64,000 nt of DNA from Podarcis bocagei (lineage: Eukaryota). Below, one piece after another: positions 26,810-40,736 of this stretch. The position numbers and the translations under genes are program-made. The first letter of the stretch is position 1. Every line of letters begins with the position of its first letter. Below the pieces are notes generated by a model that was not told the origin of the DNA, made no database searches, and saw only the letters and a program-made list of their open reading frames with translations. Location: assembly GCA_964188305.1 (NCBI GenBank), contig OZ076893.1. The stretch is one strand, 5' to 3'.

Positions 26810-28633
26810 CCTAAAGGCTATTGATAAGATGGGCTTTCCTCTCCCCACCCTAGATAAAGAGAACCAAACACCACGGTCCTTTCAAAATGTTTTTTAAAAA
26901 ATACAGTAAACACAGATGGCTTCCATTTATTTCCCATTTTTACTTCTTTGGTGAAGTTGTCTTCTTCTCTCGCTAAATGACAAAATGAATGATGAAATTC
27001 AGTTGCTATGCTAGAAAAACAAAAAACAAACCCTGGTGCCTAATCCCTGAGGAGAACTGGACTTCAGTTATGAATCATCCTTACCAGGAACCTTGGCAAT
27101 ATTAAATGAAAATCTTTATATACTTATAGAAAACATTGTGAATACGCATGATCAGGAAGCACAGTCAGACTGATCTTCCGTTGCCCCCCCTTTACCCCAC
27201 CCCTAGCTCTTTATCTTTGAAATTCCTAGCTACTGAGGTTGGGCAGGCACCCACCTTTTGTAGTTATTTAAAGAAAACTCCAGCTATTCTACAAACATCA
27301 CTGAGCAGCGCTAACACCAAATGCATCTGATTTTTATGACATGCTTGCTGAACACTACATATTGCTGAGGCTGCAATGAAGGGTCTTTGGAAGCACATAA
27401 TAAAACCATATCTATTGAATGGTACCGTATTAGCAATTCCTCTCCTGCACTTTGTTTACAGGAGAAAGAAAAACTTTATAGGCTCTTTCCATGTGTAACC
27501 TACGTTCATTCATTTTTAGGATTTTTATCTGAATTCTGCCTATATCAGGAATGAGAGGCAAAGTCTACTGCTGGAAAACCATTATTTTAAGCAATCAACC
27601 TCTGAACACAACAAAAGTATAGCTCTGTGTAATATAAAGTATTTATGGTGTAAGTTTTTCACCCAAGAAGAAAGTATCCTTTTAATAAGCCCTTTTTACT
27701 ACAAGAAGCTATTACCGATCTCTGCTTTACTGTGCTGTTGTTGCGTGAGTTTGTGTGTTCCGGTTGCTATTTTAGAACAAACACAATGAAAAAGAAAGGG
27801 CAAATGCCATGTTATGTGACCTGCTGTAACGATGAGCAAAATTAAACATTTCTGTCAATGCAAAATGAAAGGCACTTTTGCTTGAATTGTTCAGTGCAGC
27901 TAAGGAACAGTGGCCAGATTTACGTCTCTTCTGTTGCCTAGAATCCAGGAGCATTTGCTATAACCAAAAGAAGGGGTTTGGGTTAGAAACAACACAATGA
28001 TGAACTGCAGACTAAAGTGCTCAGTGCTGCCAAGCAGTAATGCTGATTTTGAAAGCCTCGGGAAATTTTGTAGAAAACACTCGTATAAATAAAGGAAATC
28101 TAAGAACACATTTGCTACTAGGTATACACAGGGAATTAGCAACCTTATCCTTAATAAAGAACCTATTGATTAGTACAAATGCTAACTACAAGAGCTGAAA
28201 ACATAAGGTCATGCCCAACTCTCCTGCCATCTGGAATCTTATTCAGGTCAGTGGGACTCAGACAAAAAATATAAATTGTTGTCTGGTTGTTAACAACCGC
28301 CGGTGAAAGCAGAACAGACAGAAATAACTACAAATACTACTGCTGGTCTTACAAAGCCTTGTGAATTTTACAAAAGACAGGTAAACACCCAATTTCCTAA
28401 TCACCGTGGAAAACCAGAAGCTTAACTGCACAACCTAACACACAGACAGGCATTTATTAATTCATTTTGCAGACATGGGATGGCACATATGTAGGCTTAC
28501 TTTCTAATAATATTATTGTGAAATTACTTTGGATGAGAGATTTGCCACCATGCTTGTCTATAAAGCCAAATGTCGGCTGCACATTTACCTGTGAGTAAGT
28601 TGCACTGAACTGATGATAATTCGCTTCTGAATA

Positions 28634-28859
28634 CAGTGGTACCTTGGGTTAAGAACTTAATTCGTTCTGGAGATCCGTACTTAACCTGAAACTGTTCTTA
28701 ACCTGAAGCACCACTTTAGCTAATGGGGCCTCCCGCTGCTGCCACGCCGCTGCTGCCCAATTTCTGTTCTCATCCTGAAGCAAAGTTCTTAACCCGAGGT
28801 ACTATTTCTGGGTTAGTAGCGTCTGTAACCTGAAGCGTATGTAACCTGAGATGCCACTG
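28634..28859 (-). mobile_element. Same MITE family as 15746, opposite orientation
   Basis: TA|cagtggtaccttgggttaagaac...gtaacctgagatgccactg|TA; internal sequence is the reverse complement of the 15746 copy. Confidence 0.92.
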
Positions 28860-30401
28860 TATATACATTATCTACATAAATGAATTATGTGTTTTTGCAT
28901 TTTGGATAAATGAAGGTGGTCCCAACACATAGTGCAGATCATGTCTTCAATCTGGTCTTTGCTTCTGAACAGAGAAAGGGTGGCCTGGAACTGGAGAGGC
29001 ACATAATGACCTCACTCTTGTGATCAACTAGTACCTGTTGTGATTTGGACTGACAGCAACAACTGCATGTGTGGCGGACCTATAAAGATTATCCACCTCT
29101 GGAGACTCCTAGTATCTGAGAGATTCTTGAATGCTCTCAGGAACTTTCTGGCTGACAAGGCTAGCAAGGCTTTCATAACCTTGGTCCGACAGGACAGTCT
29201 ACATGGTCACTCCTAAGTGCACTCTCTGGCACTACAGCCTCTGTGCAGTTCCCTCCTGTTCCACAGATCTGTGGACTTTGAAGAATGACCAATGGTGGCA
29301 TAAGACACTCCTTTTATTATACTGTCTTACACTATTTGTTTGCTTTAACTCATATTATTGTACCCCACCCTTGTGTCACACAGTGGAAAACGGTGGCTTA
29401 AAACATTTTAAATAAATGATAAATACTTGGATTCACATAACTGCTAAAATCTAGTTCTCTGAAAGGTGTGGTTCTATCCAAGGCAAGTATGCATGTGTTT
29501 TTAGGAACCACCTTTTTATTTATTTCTGATTGCACATTGTTTTTAATGTTGTGTTTTAATGCTGTATCCTGTCCCAGGACCTTAGGGTGAAGGGTGGGTA
29601 ATAAATTAATGGTGATGATGATTCTGATAAGCATTCCCCGGTTATCTCTCTCCGAGTTGTACAGTCACACTGGAGACTTGTCATGTGTGCACCAGTGCTT
29701 CTTTGTTAGCACTGGGGCCTCTGGATCAAAGCAAATATGCTTAACTAGGCATAAAGATATAGAATTGACTCCCATCTCTGCAAAAAAAGGTAACAGATGT
29801 GTTCTAAAACTGTGCGCATACCAGATATGCTCATATCTGGGTCTGTTGGGTGGCTCAGCAGCTCTTTCCATAAAACCCACTATCATTTATCCCACGTTTT
29901 GGAAGTGGCTAGGGGATTTGGCAGGGAGAGCTGCTGAATGAAAAACCAAATGCAAACCTCAGTGCTGCATGATCTCATTAGTGTGTGTCACCTCTGATTG
30001 GGCTTAATCAATACCTGTATCAGCCTATAGATTTCATTAAACACCCTAAATATGCGATGCCCAAAGCTACAGAAATCTTCCAAATGTATTAATTGTTTTG
30101 CATAGATGATGAAGCATTTCCCAAATGCATCCATTATAGCTTGGGTGGGAAGCTGCGGCCCTCCAGATATTGTTGGGACTCCAACTCTGATTAGTCCCAG
30201 ACAGCATGGCCAATTCTCAATGGTCAGCGATGACAGCAGATGTAGTCCAGAAACATCTGGAGGGAAACATGCCCCCCCCAATTATAATGATATAAAACTA
30301 CCAGGAATGTGGGGTTCCTCTCACCATAAGCACCCCTTGCTTCAAGTCTAAGCTATAGTGCTCTCGGGAAGAGTCCAGGATTCATGAAAACACTCTGTCT
30401 T

Positions 30402-30690
30402 ATGAGAACAGGGCTTTGCAGGATCTGATTTCTTTCCGCAGGGCCTGTAAGACAGAGTTGTTCTGCCTGGCCTTTGGCTTGGAGTCATTTTTATTCCCTC
30501 CCCCTCTTTCTTTTTTCCTTTCTCCTCCTGTGATGAGACTGCATTTTAATGTTTTAATGTTGTATTTAACCTTTTTTAAGCTGTATTTCAATCAACTTGT
30601 TTTTATAATTGGTTGTTATCCGTCCTGAGCCTGGCCATGGCTGGAGAGGGCGGGGTATAAATAAATTTTTTTATTATTATTATTATTAAT
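30402..30690 (+). mobile_element. L2-like LINE 3' end (second family)
   Basis: ORF-end peptide QDLISFRRACKTELFCLAF, T-rich UTR, gggcggggtataaataaa and (TTA)n tail. Confidence 0.78.
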
Positions 30691-30777
30691 TACATTCATT
30701 GCTTGAGCTCAAGATAAAGAAATTGGAAGACGTCAGGCCAGTAAAGCCATGGGACAAGACAAGATGAGACATGGGAT

Positions 30778-30925
30778 GGGAACAGCCAGATAACTCAGTT
30801 GGTAGAGCATGAGACTCTTAATCTGCACATTGAGCGGCACATTGGATAAAAAAATTCCTGCATTGCAGGGGATTGGACTAGATTTCCCTTGTGGTCCCTT
30901 ACAACTCTACAGTTCTTTGATTCTA
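30778..30925 (+). mobile_element. tRNA-Lys-derived SINE, B-box region rearranged
   Basis: Same head and tail as the 33716 copy; T-arm replaced by a duplicated gcacattg. Confidence 0.85.
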
Positions 30926-33190
30926 AATCTCTGAAGGGGCACAAGATGGCACAGAACTGGTGGACCAATTAATGGGGATTAAGGTGCAGGAGAACTTTTG
31001 GTACATGAGATGTGGAAGAAATGGATATTTCAGACACCTTACTATATTTCAAAAAGTGGTGTAGCTTAGGAGGAGGCACAGTGGGCAAATGTGCTCTGGA
31101 TCAGGGTGTCAGATAGCATCTTACATTTTCAAGTGAAGCCTCAGGTATTCCTAATCCCAAATTAAACTTTCTGCCACAGCAATGAGGTAACATTCGTGAA
31201 GTTTGTAGGACCTTCCCTTTTGCTCAATCAGGGGATAAATGGCTACTTGTCTAGTTTTGATTCATTCCCATTTCTAATGTTTGCTACATTTTGTATCTGA
31301 CAAAGCTTCATATTGTTGACCAAAGAAAGAGAGAAGGGGGTTGTATCCATTTACATCATTACTCTCATAAAGAACAGATGTAGACTGCTCTGGTTTTGTT
31401 GGACGATGGGCTCCTGCTGATGTTGGATAAGATTCAAATATCTGTTTTGTTAGAAGTTTTAACTGCCTCTGATACCTGTAGGCAGTGACTGTTGATGCCT
31501 TACCTCCAGTTCCATGAAGGGGATTTTAATAAATTATTCTGGAGCAATTCCACTATTCTTTAATAGAAGAGTCAGATGCAGTGAAATGATTTTGCCCAGA
31601 GGTCATTTTCTAAGTCAATAGGTAGATGAGCAAGTATCGCAAATATGGTTGTAAGCACAACATAACACCTAGTCATGTAACTGCATCTGAATTACAGCGC
31701 TCTTCAAAAATCAGGACTTGTGCCTCCATGATGTGACCGTGCTCCTTAAAATGCAACAAGGGCGTTCACAGGTAAGTTACCCAAGAGCTGCTAGAGGATG
31801 TTAGAATTCCTTCTCACCCCAAGTTTTTACTTAATCACCAAGACTCAGGGCAAATGTTTTCAAATTGTGTTCCAGAAAATGCATGCTTATAAGAGTATCA
31901 GCATGCATTTATCAGTAATGGTAGTCAAGCACCACTAAAAGATGGAAGCCAATCTTTGTGGCCAATCATCCACTGCCAAGTGCACCCACAAGAGAGTACA
32001 GAGGTGTTCAAAGTTACATTTTTAGTTTCCATGGGGAAATGGTGAGAAACTAACAAGCCAGAACATCAGCCTGTGTGGATGGTCTGTGCCCTCGAAGGCA
32101 ACTTAGAATTTTCTACAACGTAGTGGAGTTATTGGGCAGACAAGTCCCTGTCAAAAGGCTTCCCCAAAAGGGAGAATATTTGAAAAATCACTGAGCACAT
32201 AAACCCAACTACCACTACTCCAAAAGGGACTCGCTGTACTGTATTCAAAAAGCCTCCTGCAGTAGCAGCTCCAGGCTGTGGCCATAGAGGGAGCATTACA
32301 TCTCTCAGAATGCTGCACAGAGATCCACAGGCCTGCAGACTCTGAAACAGACCCATGATTGGACCTGAGTTGTCATCCATACACTTCAGATCAAGTGAGT
32401 AGCTTTGGAAGCTGAGTTCAGCAAGTCCCACTCCTAATCCCTACTGAGGTTCCTGGCTTCTTGTTGGGCTGCATATTTAATAAAGGGGAGCCATACTGGG
32501 GTGAAGGCGTCCTCTTTTATTTGTCCCTGTATCAGTTTTAGTCTATTGGTTAGCTTAGTCTTCAGTTACTATGACAAAGTTTGGGAACCCCATGCAAATT
32601 CATGGGAAAAGGCCATAGCACAGATGAAACAGACGCCTACAAATTGAAAAATAATAATATTGGTCTTTAGTTATTCAGATGCAGAAACATAGGAAGCCCT
32701 GACCACCATTCTAAGTTTACACAGCTATGAGGAAGAGAGTGGAGTGTATCAATACAGAGAAATATTTTTTTTTCTACTACAAGCTACAGAACTCAGGGCA
32801 TCCAATAAAATTGATTAGCAGTAGGTTTAAGACAAACAAAAGCAAGCAAACAGGGAAAAAATGAAAATAATTTGTGGCCAGTTGCATGTATGGCATTGAA
32901 AAGAACAGACAAATAAATGGCTAGATATTACCCATGATATGTAAAAAATGAAATCTGCATATTGAGAGTCTGTACACATCTTTGTTCCATGTGATTGGGG
33001 CAAACCGGATGTGGCTGTCCCTACCGTGTCCTGTTCATAAGCCACCTAAATGTACCTTTGAGTGAGGGAGACCGATGGCCTGACTAGATGAACCTTGAGA
33101 TTCACCCAGAAGGCATCTAAAACAGCAAAATCTTGAATATTTTTCCTATTCTTCAACATGGCACTAAAAGGGGGCCTTATAGCTCTAATA

Positions 33191-33317
33191 CAGCCTTCTC
33201 CAACTAGGTGTCCTCCAGATGTTGCTGGACTCCAACTGCCGTCCACTTTGGACCAATGGTGAGGGATTATGGGAGATGCAGTCAAAAACAGCTGGAAGGC
33301 ATCATGCTGGGGAAACT
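33191..33317. mobile_element. Short palindromic hAT-like MITE (old, multicopy family)
   Basis: ctccagatgttgctggactccaact...gggagatgcagtcaaaaacagctgga. Related remnants at about 2290-2345, 15408-15500, 16805-16915, 24898-25032 and 30139-30270. Confidence 0.7.
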
Positions 33318-33715
33318 AGTCAAACGATACCTTTCAAGCTCAAGGAAATGTAAACTTCATTCTAAGGCTTAATGTCTAAGGTCCTCCCACACTTTTACCA
33401 TCTTGTTTAAAATCTTCTCTCCTTGTTTCACTTCTCTGAAATCACTGTATACACAGGGGCAGGAGAAGGGGGAAGGTATTAATTTAAAAAAAAATATTAT
33501 ATGCTGCCCAGTAAAATTCTCACACGCTATGGCTCTTAAGGGTTTCTGTGAAACATAGATTCAAGTCAGTTCTTTGTGGATTCAAATGCTATATACAATT
33601 ACTTGATTTTGATTCAATGAACAAATAATATGTAGCAGGCAGTGAGTGAAGCAAGACGTGTGGAGAGAAACAAAGTAGGACATAGCTTGTATCTAGTTGT
33701 GTGCACATAAGATTC

Positions 33716-33862
33716 ACTGGTAGCTCAGTCGGTAGAGCATGAGACGCTTAATCTCAGGGTTGTGGGTTCAAGCCCCATGTTGGGCAAAAGAATCCTGCAT
33801 TGCAGGGGGTTGAACTAGATGGCCCTTGTGGTCCTTTCCAACTCTACCATTCTATGATTCTA
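33716..33862 (+). mobile_element. tRNA-Lys(CUU)-derived SINE with CR1-type tail
   Basis: Head tagctcagtcggtagagcatgagacgcttaatctcagggttgtgggttcaagccccatgttgggc is tRNA-Lys-like. It is followed by ggttgaactagatggcccttgtggtcctttccaactctaccattctatgattct (CR1 3' end). Confidence 0.9.
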
Positions 33863-36759
33863 AGGGTGGAGCAACATGTTCAGTAAAGCCACATGGTGGC
33901 ACGCTATTCCCTGTCCCTTCCTTCACACTGCAGGTGAGGCAAATAATGTTTCTGAATATTCTGCCATATTTAAAAAGAGAGACAAGTTGGCTGGGAAGGC
34001 GTATCCAGCATATATTGTCCAAAAGTAGGCTATATCACCTTCCGATAAAATCCCATGGTTATTAATATTTAGTATATTGAGGTCAACAGGAATACTAGGG
34101 TATAAGTGTAGGCGTGCTTCATTTTCTCACTCAATACACCTAACATAACTCAGGCTTATGAAAGTTTATTACCCGTGTCAGAAAATGAGGGTCGGTATCC
34201 ATTGATTTCTCTAAGAATTCTAAAGTGATAGATCAATATATTCATATGAAATAATTTATATCTTTTTATATAAAATCTTTCTTAATGTACCCATGTACTC
34301 ATATACACAGGAAAAAATTGACGGAACGAATCTAGATTCAAAATGCCTACAGAGAGATGACGATTACTGGCAGTGGGGGGCAGGACTTGGAGATATTAGT
34401 ACTTCTTCAGAGTAACCTATTTTCCATGATTGTTGAGAAGATAAATAAATTGAATAACCCTTTCTGCACTACCTGGGTGGGGGAGAATGGATCCAAATAT
34501 GAGAAATCAAATCACTCTGTTCGGGTTACCAAACACATTTGTACATTAGGAGGGCCCTGCCTTCCCTACTTATTCCCCCCCTGAGCTTCTACTTTTATTG
34601 CTATTTAACATTTGATTGACTAGGTGCCAGGCAGAACATAAAAAGTAACCTGGATACTCCTCAAATAATAATGCAGAAAAAGGGAAGTGTAGCAAATGAG
34701 CAGTCTGCCAATGAGAAGGGGCAGAATGGTGTGGCAGAGGAGTGACAGACGAGTTACAGGATTGCAGGAGAAGCAATGCAGATAATGTGGGGCTCAAATG
34801 ATTCTGGATGTGTGCTGTGATCTGAAGGCACATGAAGCTAAGCAGATCTCAGCCTGGCAAGGGCTTCAATGTCAGACTGCAAACCCTACACATGGCATTC
34901 TTGCGTTAAAAGTAACACATAAAGAGATAAAGCACTTGCAAAGAAGAAGACATTTGTTAGAGATAGGTACATGAAAGGAAGAAGAAAAGAAAGGAGGAAC
35001 GTTTGATAGAATGCTAACCTAACAAACAATAGCTCATTGGACTACAGGGTTTTTTCCTGTCTGGATCCAACCAATGAGAAAAGTAATGCTACAGAGTAGG
35101 AAAGGATATATATGGGGAAGGAAAAGTGGAGAGCTGTAACAGTAGAAATAAAAACCTACAGTTGATGTAGCTAATGATAGGCAGCCACGCCAACACATTA
35201 CAGGAAACAATATGATCACAGCAGCAAGAGAGAAGGATCACTATTAGCAGAGAGATTCTCAACCAACTGAAAGGAGGATAGGAGGGGGAAACAGAGAGTT
35301 ATAGTAATTATGGACCAGACCATGGGCCAAAGCTTCTGCTTGAAGGGGGAGAAATGCAGATTGTGGAGATACTGATTAGGAAGCCCTCCCAGGAGATCTT
35401 CAAACCACTTGCACATTGCTGGAGGGAATGAGAAGGTTTATGTGGAAACACCATAACCAGTATAACTAATTCTAAAACATGTTTTAGTTCTAAAATATAT
35501 TTGGGGAGGCTTAACAGACATGCACGGTTCCCTGCTGCAGTTACCCTTGTGAAAGGTGAATGAAGCAGTGGTGGAAGACAGCCTAGCTAGTTGTGTCTAC
35601 TGACTCTGCAGCCTCAGTTAACAAGATAAATAATGTCTGAAAAGGGCTACAACAGGTTTTTACACCCAAAGCCATTGACCAGAGTGCAGTGCTACCATTC
35701 TATTTATTTGAGCTTTCCTGTGCTCCACACCCTAATATTTTTTTTGTTTCCAAAAATAAATGTTTGGTTTTGTAGGTTCTTTGTTAGCTTTCAGTACTAA
35801 ATTATATGGTTTTTAGACATCTCTTTTTATGCATCTCTTGAACTGAAAAAGCTAACAATTCAGCAATTTATGATCAGCAAGTAATGCTTCTATTGTTTCT
35901 TGCATACAAAACAGTTCTTAGCCACACTTCTATTTCTCCCACAGAATATATTTTATATTCCTACGAAATTACTCAAATTGGAGAGTCATTTGTGAGCTGC
36001 ACAGTGTTTCAATAAGTAGTTCATTACGATCAGTAAACTAGAACTTGGGATATATTTTAATGCATACCGATTTGCAAATTATTTCTATACAGCAGTGGAA
36101 AATAATAATTCTGATTTCACACACAGAGCCTTTTTGTTTAGTGTACTATAGCACTTTCTGAAAACAGTATTTGAAACATTTCCCTAAACCATTTTACACA
36201 GCCCTCTTACATTTTGTTGCAGGGGAAAAAAATCACCAAGGAACAACACACTCCCTAAAAAGGATATGACACAAGTAGGATCTTTCATCTTGGGCACCCA
36301 GTGGAAATGGTCGTGTATTTATGTATACTGGAAAAAAGAGCAGCAAAAGAATTGGGAGGCCATAGATCCTCAACTCATGAGTTTACATCTAAAGCTAAGC
36401 CAAAATATCCCCAAATTCACTGCTCAATTCACTGGCTGAAAGGAAGGTTCCAAAGTTTAGCAATTATTGGACTTAAGCAATGCTGTCCTTTCTCCTGAAC
36501 TGGTGTTACACAGCAAAAAGGGCACCTAAACCTATCTAACTGGCAATGGTGCTACCAATGCCCCTGGGGGCATTGGGCAACACAAAACCTTGCCACTTGG
36601 CGCCATTTCCCCCTTCTGTTGTGCCAGAGTGTTAATGGCAAGAAACACTGAAAGAAGCATCAGTCAGATGTGTTTACGTGACACCAAGTTACCAAGCAGG
36701 TCACCTCCCCTATTAGAAAACACATTGATTTTTGTACTCTTCAAATATATCCTGCTGGG

Positions 36760-37060
36760 TATCCTACGCCCAGTGGATTGTCATCTGGAAAAGTTGCAAA
36801 AAAGGCCTTTTCCGCTGCAGCACCAACCCTCTGGAATATCCTCCCAAAAGCTTAGGAAAGCTCCATCAGCTGGATATTTCAAATGTCTATTAGACATTTT
36901 AAACCACTGGTTTATTCAGACCTTTTCTGCTGTTTAGGAGGGCTGTCTTGTTCAGTTACTGACAGTGTTGTTTTTAACTGATGTGTTGTTTTTATTTCCT
37001 CCGTTCTGTTTTTTGTTTGTTTGTTTTGTTTGTTGTAATATTCTGTAAACCACTTAGATT
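36760..37060 (+). mobile_element. Old L2-like 3' fragment
   Basis: ggccttttccgctgcagcaccaaccctctggaatatcctccc reads AFSAAAPTLWNILP; followed by a T-rich UTR. Confidence 0.7.
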
Positions 37061-37253
37061 TCTTTCTTTCTAAAAACGTTAAGTGGTAATGGTATCAGGA
37101 AGCCAAAGCAGAGTGGGGCAAGGTAAAAGAAATAAGCTACCAATGTGAGCAAACACAGTTACATACACTTAGTTTCAACTGGGGAAGGGGGAAAAACCAT
37201 AAACTTCACAGACAAATGAAATGAAGGATCGAGAGGAAAGAGATGACACACAC

Positions 37254-37367
37254 CTCTTAAAGTGAGGCTTGCAGGTTCAGACCCCACATTGGGCAAAAGA
37301 TTCCTGCATTGCAGGGGGATGGAGTAGATGACCCTCATGGTCCCTTCCAACCCTACAATTCTATGAC
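37254..37367 (+). mobile_element. tRNA-Lys-derived SINE, 5' truncated/diverged
   Basis: ccccacattgggcaaaagattcctgcattgcaggggg...ggtcccttccaaccctacaattctatga matches the 33716 copy. Confidence 0.85.
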
Positions 37368-39899
37368 CCAATACTGTACTAGTGTTCTACATCCCTTCCT
37401 CTCTCTCAACCAGCATTTTGGCCCTTCCTTAGGTTGCCTTATTGTTGTGTTTGCGATATAAAAGAAAGAAAGAGTGGAAAAGGCTCTAGAGCAACAGTAC
37501 GAGTTGGAGAAGCAGGACTAAGATGGGGAAGATGGGCAAAAAGAAAGGGGAGAGCAAGGCAACAGGCAGCTTTAAGGATAAGGGCAAATCATTTGTGCTG
37601 GGTGCAGACAGGAAGCCAGTGGATGGATCATGGCCTGAAGTAATGATTGAATACCTCAAAGTTGTGCCAAATTTGAAGGTGCCTGTCCTACAGCTGACCC
37701 TTTTTGTTCACATAGCATAATGCCGTGTTAGAAATATCAGAGGAAAGCAAGAAGAAAATGGAAGGAAAGTTCAGGTTCCACCATCTATGTCTAAAAAAAG
37801 CCATGAAAGATTTCTCATGATGTCAAAACAGATGGGAGAGAACCCAATCCACTGAGTGCAGCACCCATACATAGATTTCCAAGTGGCCCCAATTCAGGAG
37901 CTGCATGAAGGCAAGAACAAAAGTCTGGAAGGGGATAGAAGAGGTATGAGCAAGACTTCCCATGCTCTGTGAAGACTCCTGATGCTGCCTGCACACATAT
38001 TGGAAGCAACAGATTTGTACCAGGTCCATTGGATTTGTCTGCACACAAATGCGGCCTGTCCTGTGTGGAACTGATACTATAGGAACAATGACAGTGATTG
38101 TGTATACAGCAGATGATAATCTCTACACTTTTGCACAAGCAAGGGTATTTATTCCTGGTATTATAAATCTACTGACTGAGCAGCTGGAGGCATGACTAGT
38201 AAGTACTGTGACCAATGGACAACTCAAATCTGGCATCCAAGACTGTAGTGCTTATTTGTAAAAATACAAAGCAGACAGGCAGCATAGCTGGCATGAACAT
38301 TTACACACTTCCTGTTGAACTTTCCAACAATATAAAGACATGCCATCAGCCATATGTGTGGCTGACTCTGCATCCAGCTAGGAGAGTGCATTTGTAATGT
38401 TCAAAGCCATTCTGAAGATGTGGAGGAGGAAGTCAAGGGGCACGCTGGAACGGATATAGGACTTTTATAGAGAGAACTGATTGGGGGTGGGAATTCAAGT
38501 CCCCCTACCTGACCCAAGATTCCTGGAACAGTATTTTTTCATGATATATAAACATAGTTGTCCGACAACAGAGAAAACTGGATGCTTTGAAGAAATCAAA
38601 AAGGATCGCCCACATGTAATTGGTGGGCTGCCTTTTTTGAGGGCCAACAACTTTCCCATGCCACAAAACTGAACCTGGGAGCCCATATTCTGGTTTGATT
38701 TGGGTGGTTTATTGATCCCTTAGGCCTTTAGGGAAACACTGAAAATGTAAGTTGCTAAGGAACTAAACAAAGAAGAAATTGTAAAGATAAGGTCCCAGGG
38801 TGGGGAGAAGCAGCTCATTCAGCCCATGAAATAGAATACCATGTGATTTATTTATTTAGTGGCATCAATGTACAAAGCAACAAAAAGGAAAGGTCTCTGT
38901 CCTAAGAAGCTCACAATCTAAATTTCAGCAACAGGGTAAACAAGGGGAGATGAGGAAACCTCCCAGACAGAAAAATCATTACAGCCTAGTAAGGGATGGG
39001 AAAGGGTTGGATGATGAATTAGAAATTTAAAAGATGAATGAACAGAGAAACATAAATGTAGTAATTAGAATCCAAAATCCAAAAGACTTAATCTAAGACA
39101 ATGAAAATGTAGATTAGCTAAAAGGAGATTTAAACTTTGCAGACTAAGTACTCCAGCTCTCTTTTCAATTGCATTGCTGTGTACAAGGCTCTAGGAAAGG
39201 ATTTCCCGCCACACACAAAATCTGAATGAATCTTGGGTAATGCCAGGACAGTTATGTAATGCATACACTTTAAGCTGCACATCCACATCTACTCAAATAT
39301 ACACATGGAACTTCTATATATCTTAAGAGTGTCTACAGTTCCACTGAAGTAAATGGGACATTCCCTGTAGGCATGGAATCCATGTGCACACTAGTGTTCC
39401 CAAGCTCAAAGAGACCACTGAATTAGAACATGAGTCTGTAATATGCCTATCGTAAAATAACAAGGATTTCCCTCTCCCCCTCTTTTGTTATAGCAACACT
39501 GCGAAATCATATATTGTCCAACCCTTGTGGGTTTAGGAAAACCTACAACAGTTTCTGTGCATACAAAAACCACTGTGACATACATTTGAGCAATACAATT
39601 CTGAATCGCAACTCATGGATACGGCAAAGAGAAATTTCTGTATATATGTGTTATATATATAGGAATGCTACGCATCGTGTTCTGCAGATAGGGACACAAG
39701 CAAAACAGGTTGTCCGCTCAAGACAAGCAGTAAAATCTTATAAATTGTGTGAATCATTCTATAAATGCACACAATTCTCATATGCAAGGACCAGATTATT
39801 TTACTAGAATTTGTGTCCTCCACACCAGTTTCCAGAAAGTCAAGTGCTACATACAGAAGTAGGTTTGGAGACTAGGAAAGATGGCGTGTGATGGCTCAG

Positions 39900-40080
39900 G
39901 GGTGGGCTGTAGCTCAGTGGTCATGTACATGTTTTGAACACAGAAGATCCAAGATTCAATCCCTGCCACTGTCAAGTAAGACTGTCTGAAATCTTGGAGA
40001 GCCACAACAAATCAATGTAGGCAATACTGAGCTAAATGGACCAACGCTATAACTCAATAGAAGACAGCTTCATGTGCTCC
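39900..40080 (+). mobile_element. Second tRNA-headed squamate SINE family (old copy)
   Basis: A box gctgtagctcagtgg, B-box-like gattcaatccc; body caatactgagctaaatggacc...cagcttcatgtg shared with the 46880 copy. Confidence 0.8.
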
Positions 40081-40475
40081 TGTGGGTGTTGACCAGCCAA
40101 GTCAGAAGACCATCATCCCAGCATTTGTATCAGACCTGCCAATCTCAGGAGACAGTGCTAGGCCCAATGCTTGACTGAGACCTGTGTGCACACTGCACTT
40201 CACAGACAAGAGGCAATTGCCAAGACTGGGGATGAAATCCTAAGCAAACTTACCTGGGAGTAAGCCCCATCAAAAAGTTATATTTACTTCTGAATAGAAC
40301 ATGCATAGGATTGATCTATGAATAACTTCCATGTGAATACCTGCAACTGGAAGAAGTTGAATGTAACGCTTTTTTCATAAAGCATACTTGCATATGAATG
40401 CAAACACAGGGGTCCTCACCTGGCTGTCAAAGGGATGAGAATGGGTTTATCTTTCATAAAAGACTCATCAAAGTA

Positions 40476-40736
40476 CAGTGGTACCTCGCAAGATGAATGC
40501 CTCGCAAGACGAAAAACGCGCAAGACGAAAGAGTTTTCCGTTTTTTGAGTCGTTCCGCAAGACGAATTTCCCTATGGGCTTGCTTCGCAAGACAAAACGT
40601 CTTGCGAGTTCTTGCGAGTTTGTTTCCTTTTTCTTAAAGCCGCTAAGCCGCTAAGAGCCGTGCTTCGCAAGACGAAAAAACCGCAAGACGAAGAGACTCG
40701 CGGAACGGATTAATTTCATCTTGCGAGGCACCACTG
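40476..40736. mobile_element. pogo/Tigger-like MITE with CGCAAGACGAA subterminal repeats
   Basis: TA|cagtggtacctcgcaagatgaa...ttcatcttgcgaggcaccactg|TA; 22-bp TIR with one mismatch; CpG-rich. Confidence 0.93.

Noticed and set aside
33716-33786. tRNA-Lys(CUU) gene
   Set aside because: Acceptor stem is broken, the invariant U33 is changed (cgcttaa), and it is fused to a CR1-type tail; it is a SINE head.
40476-40736. CRISPR-like or iteron-like repeat array
   Set aside because: Repeats are about 11 bp, irregularly spaced, in both orientations and enclosed by TIRs with a TA duplication; a eukaryotic MITE.
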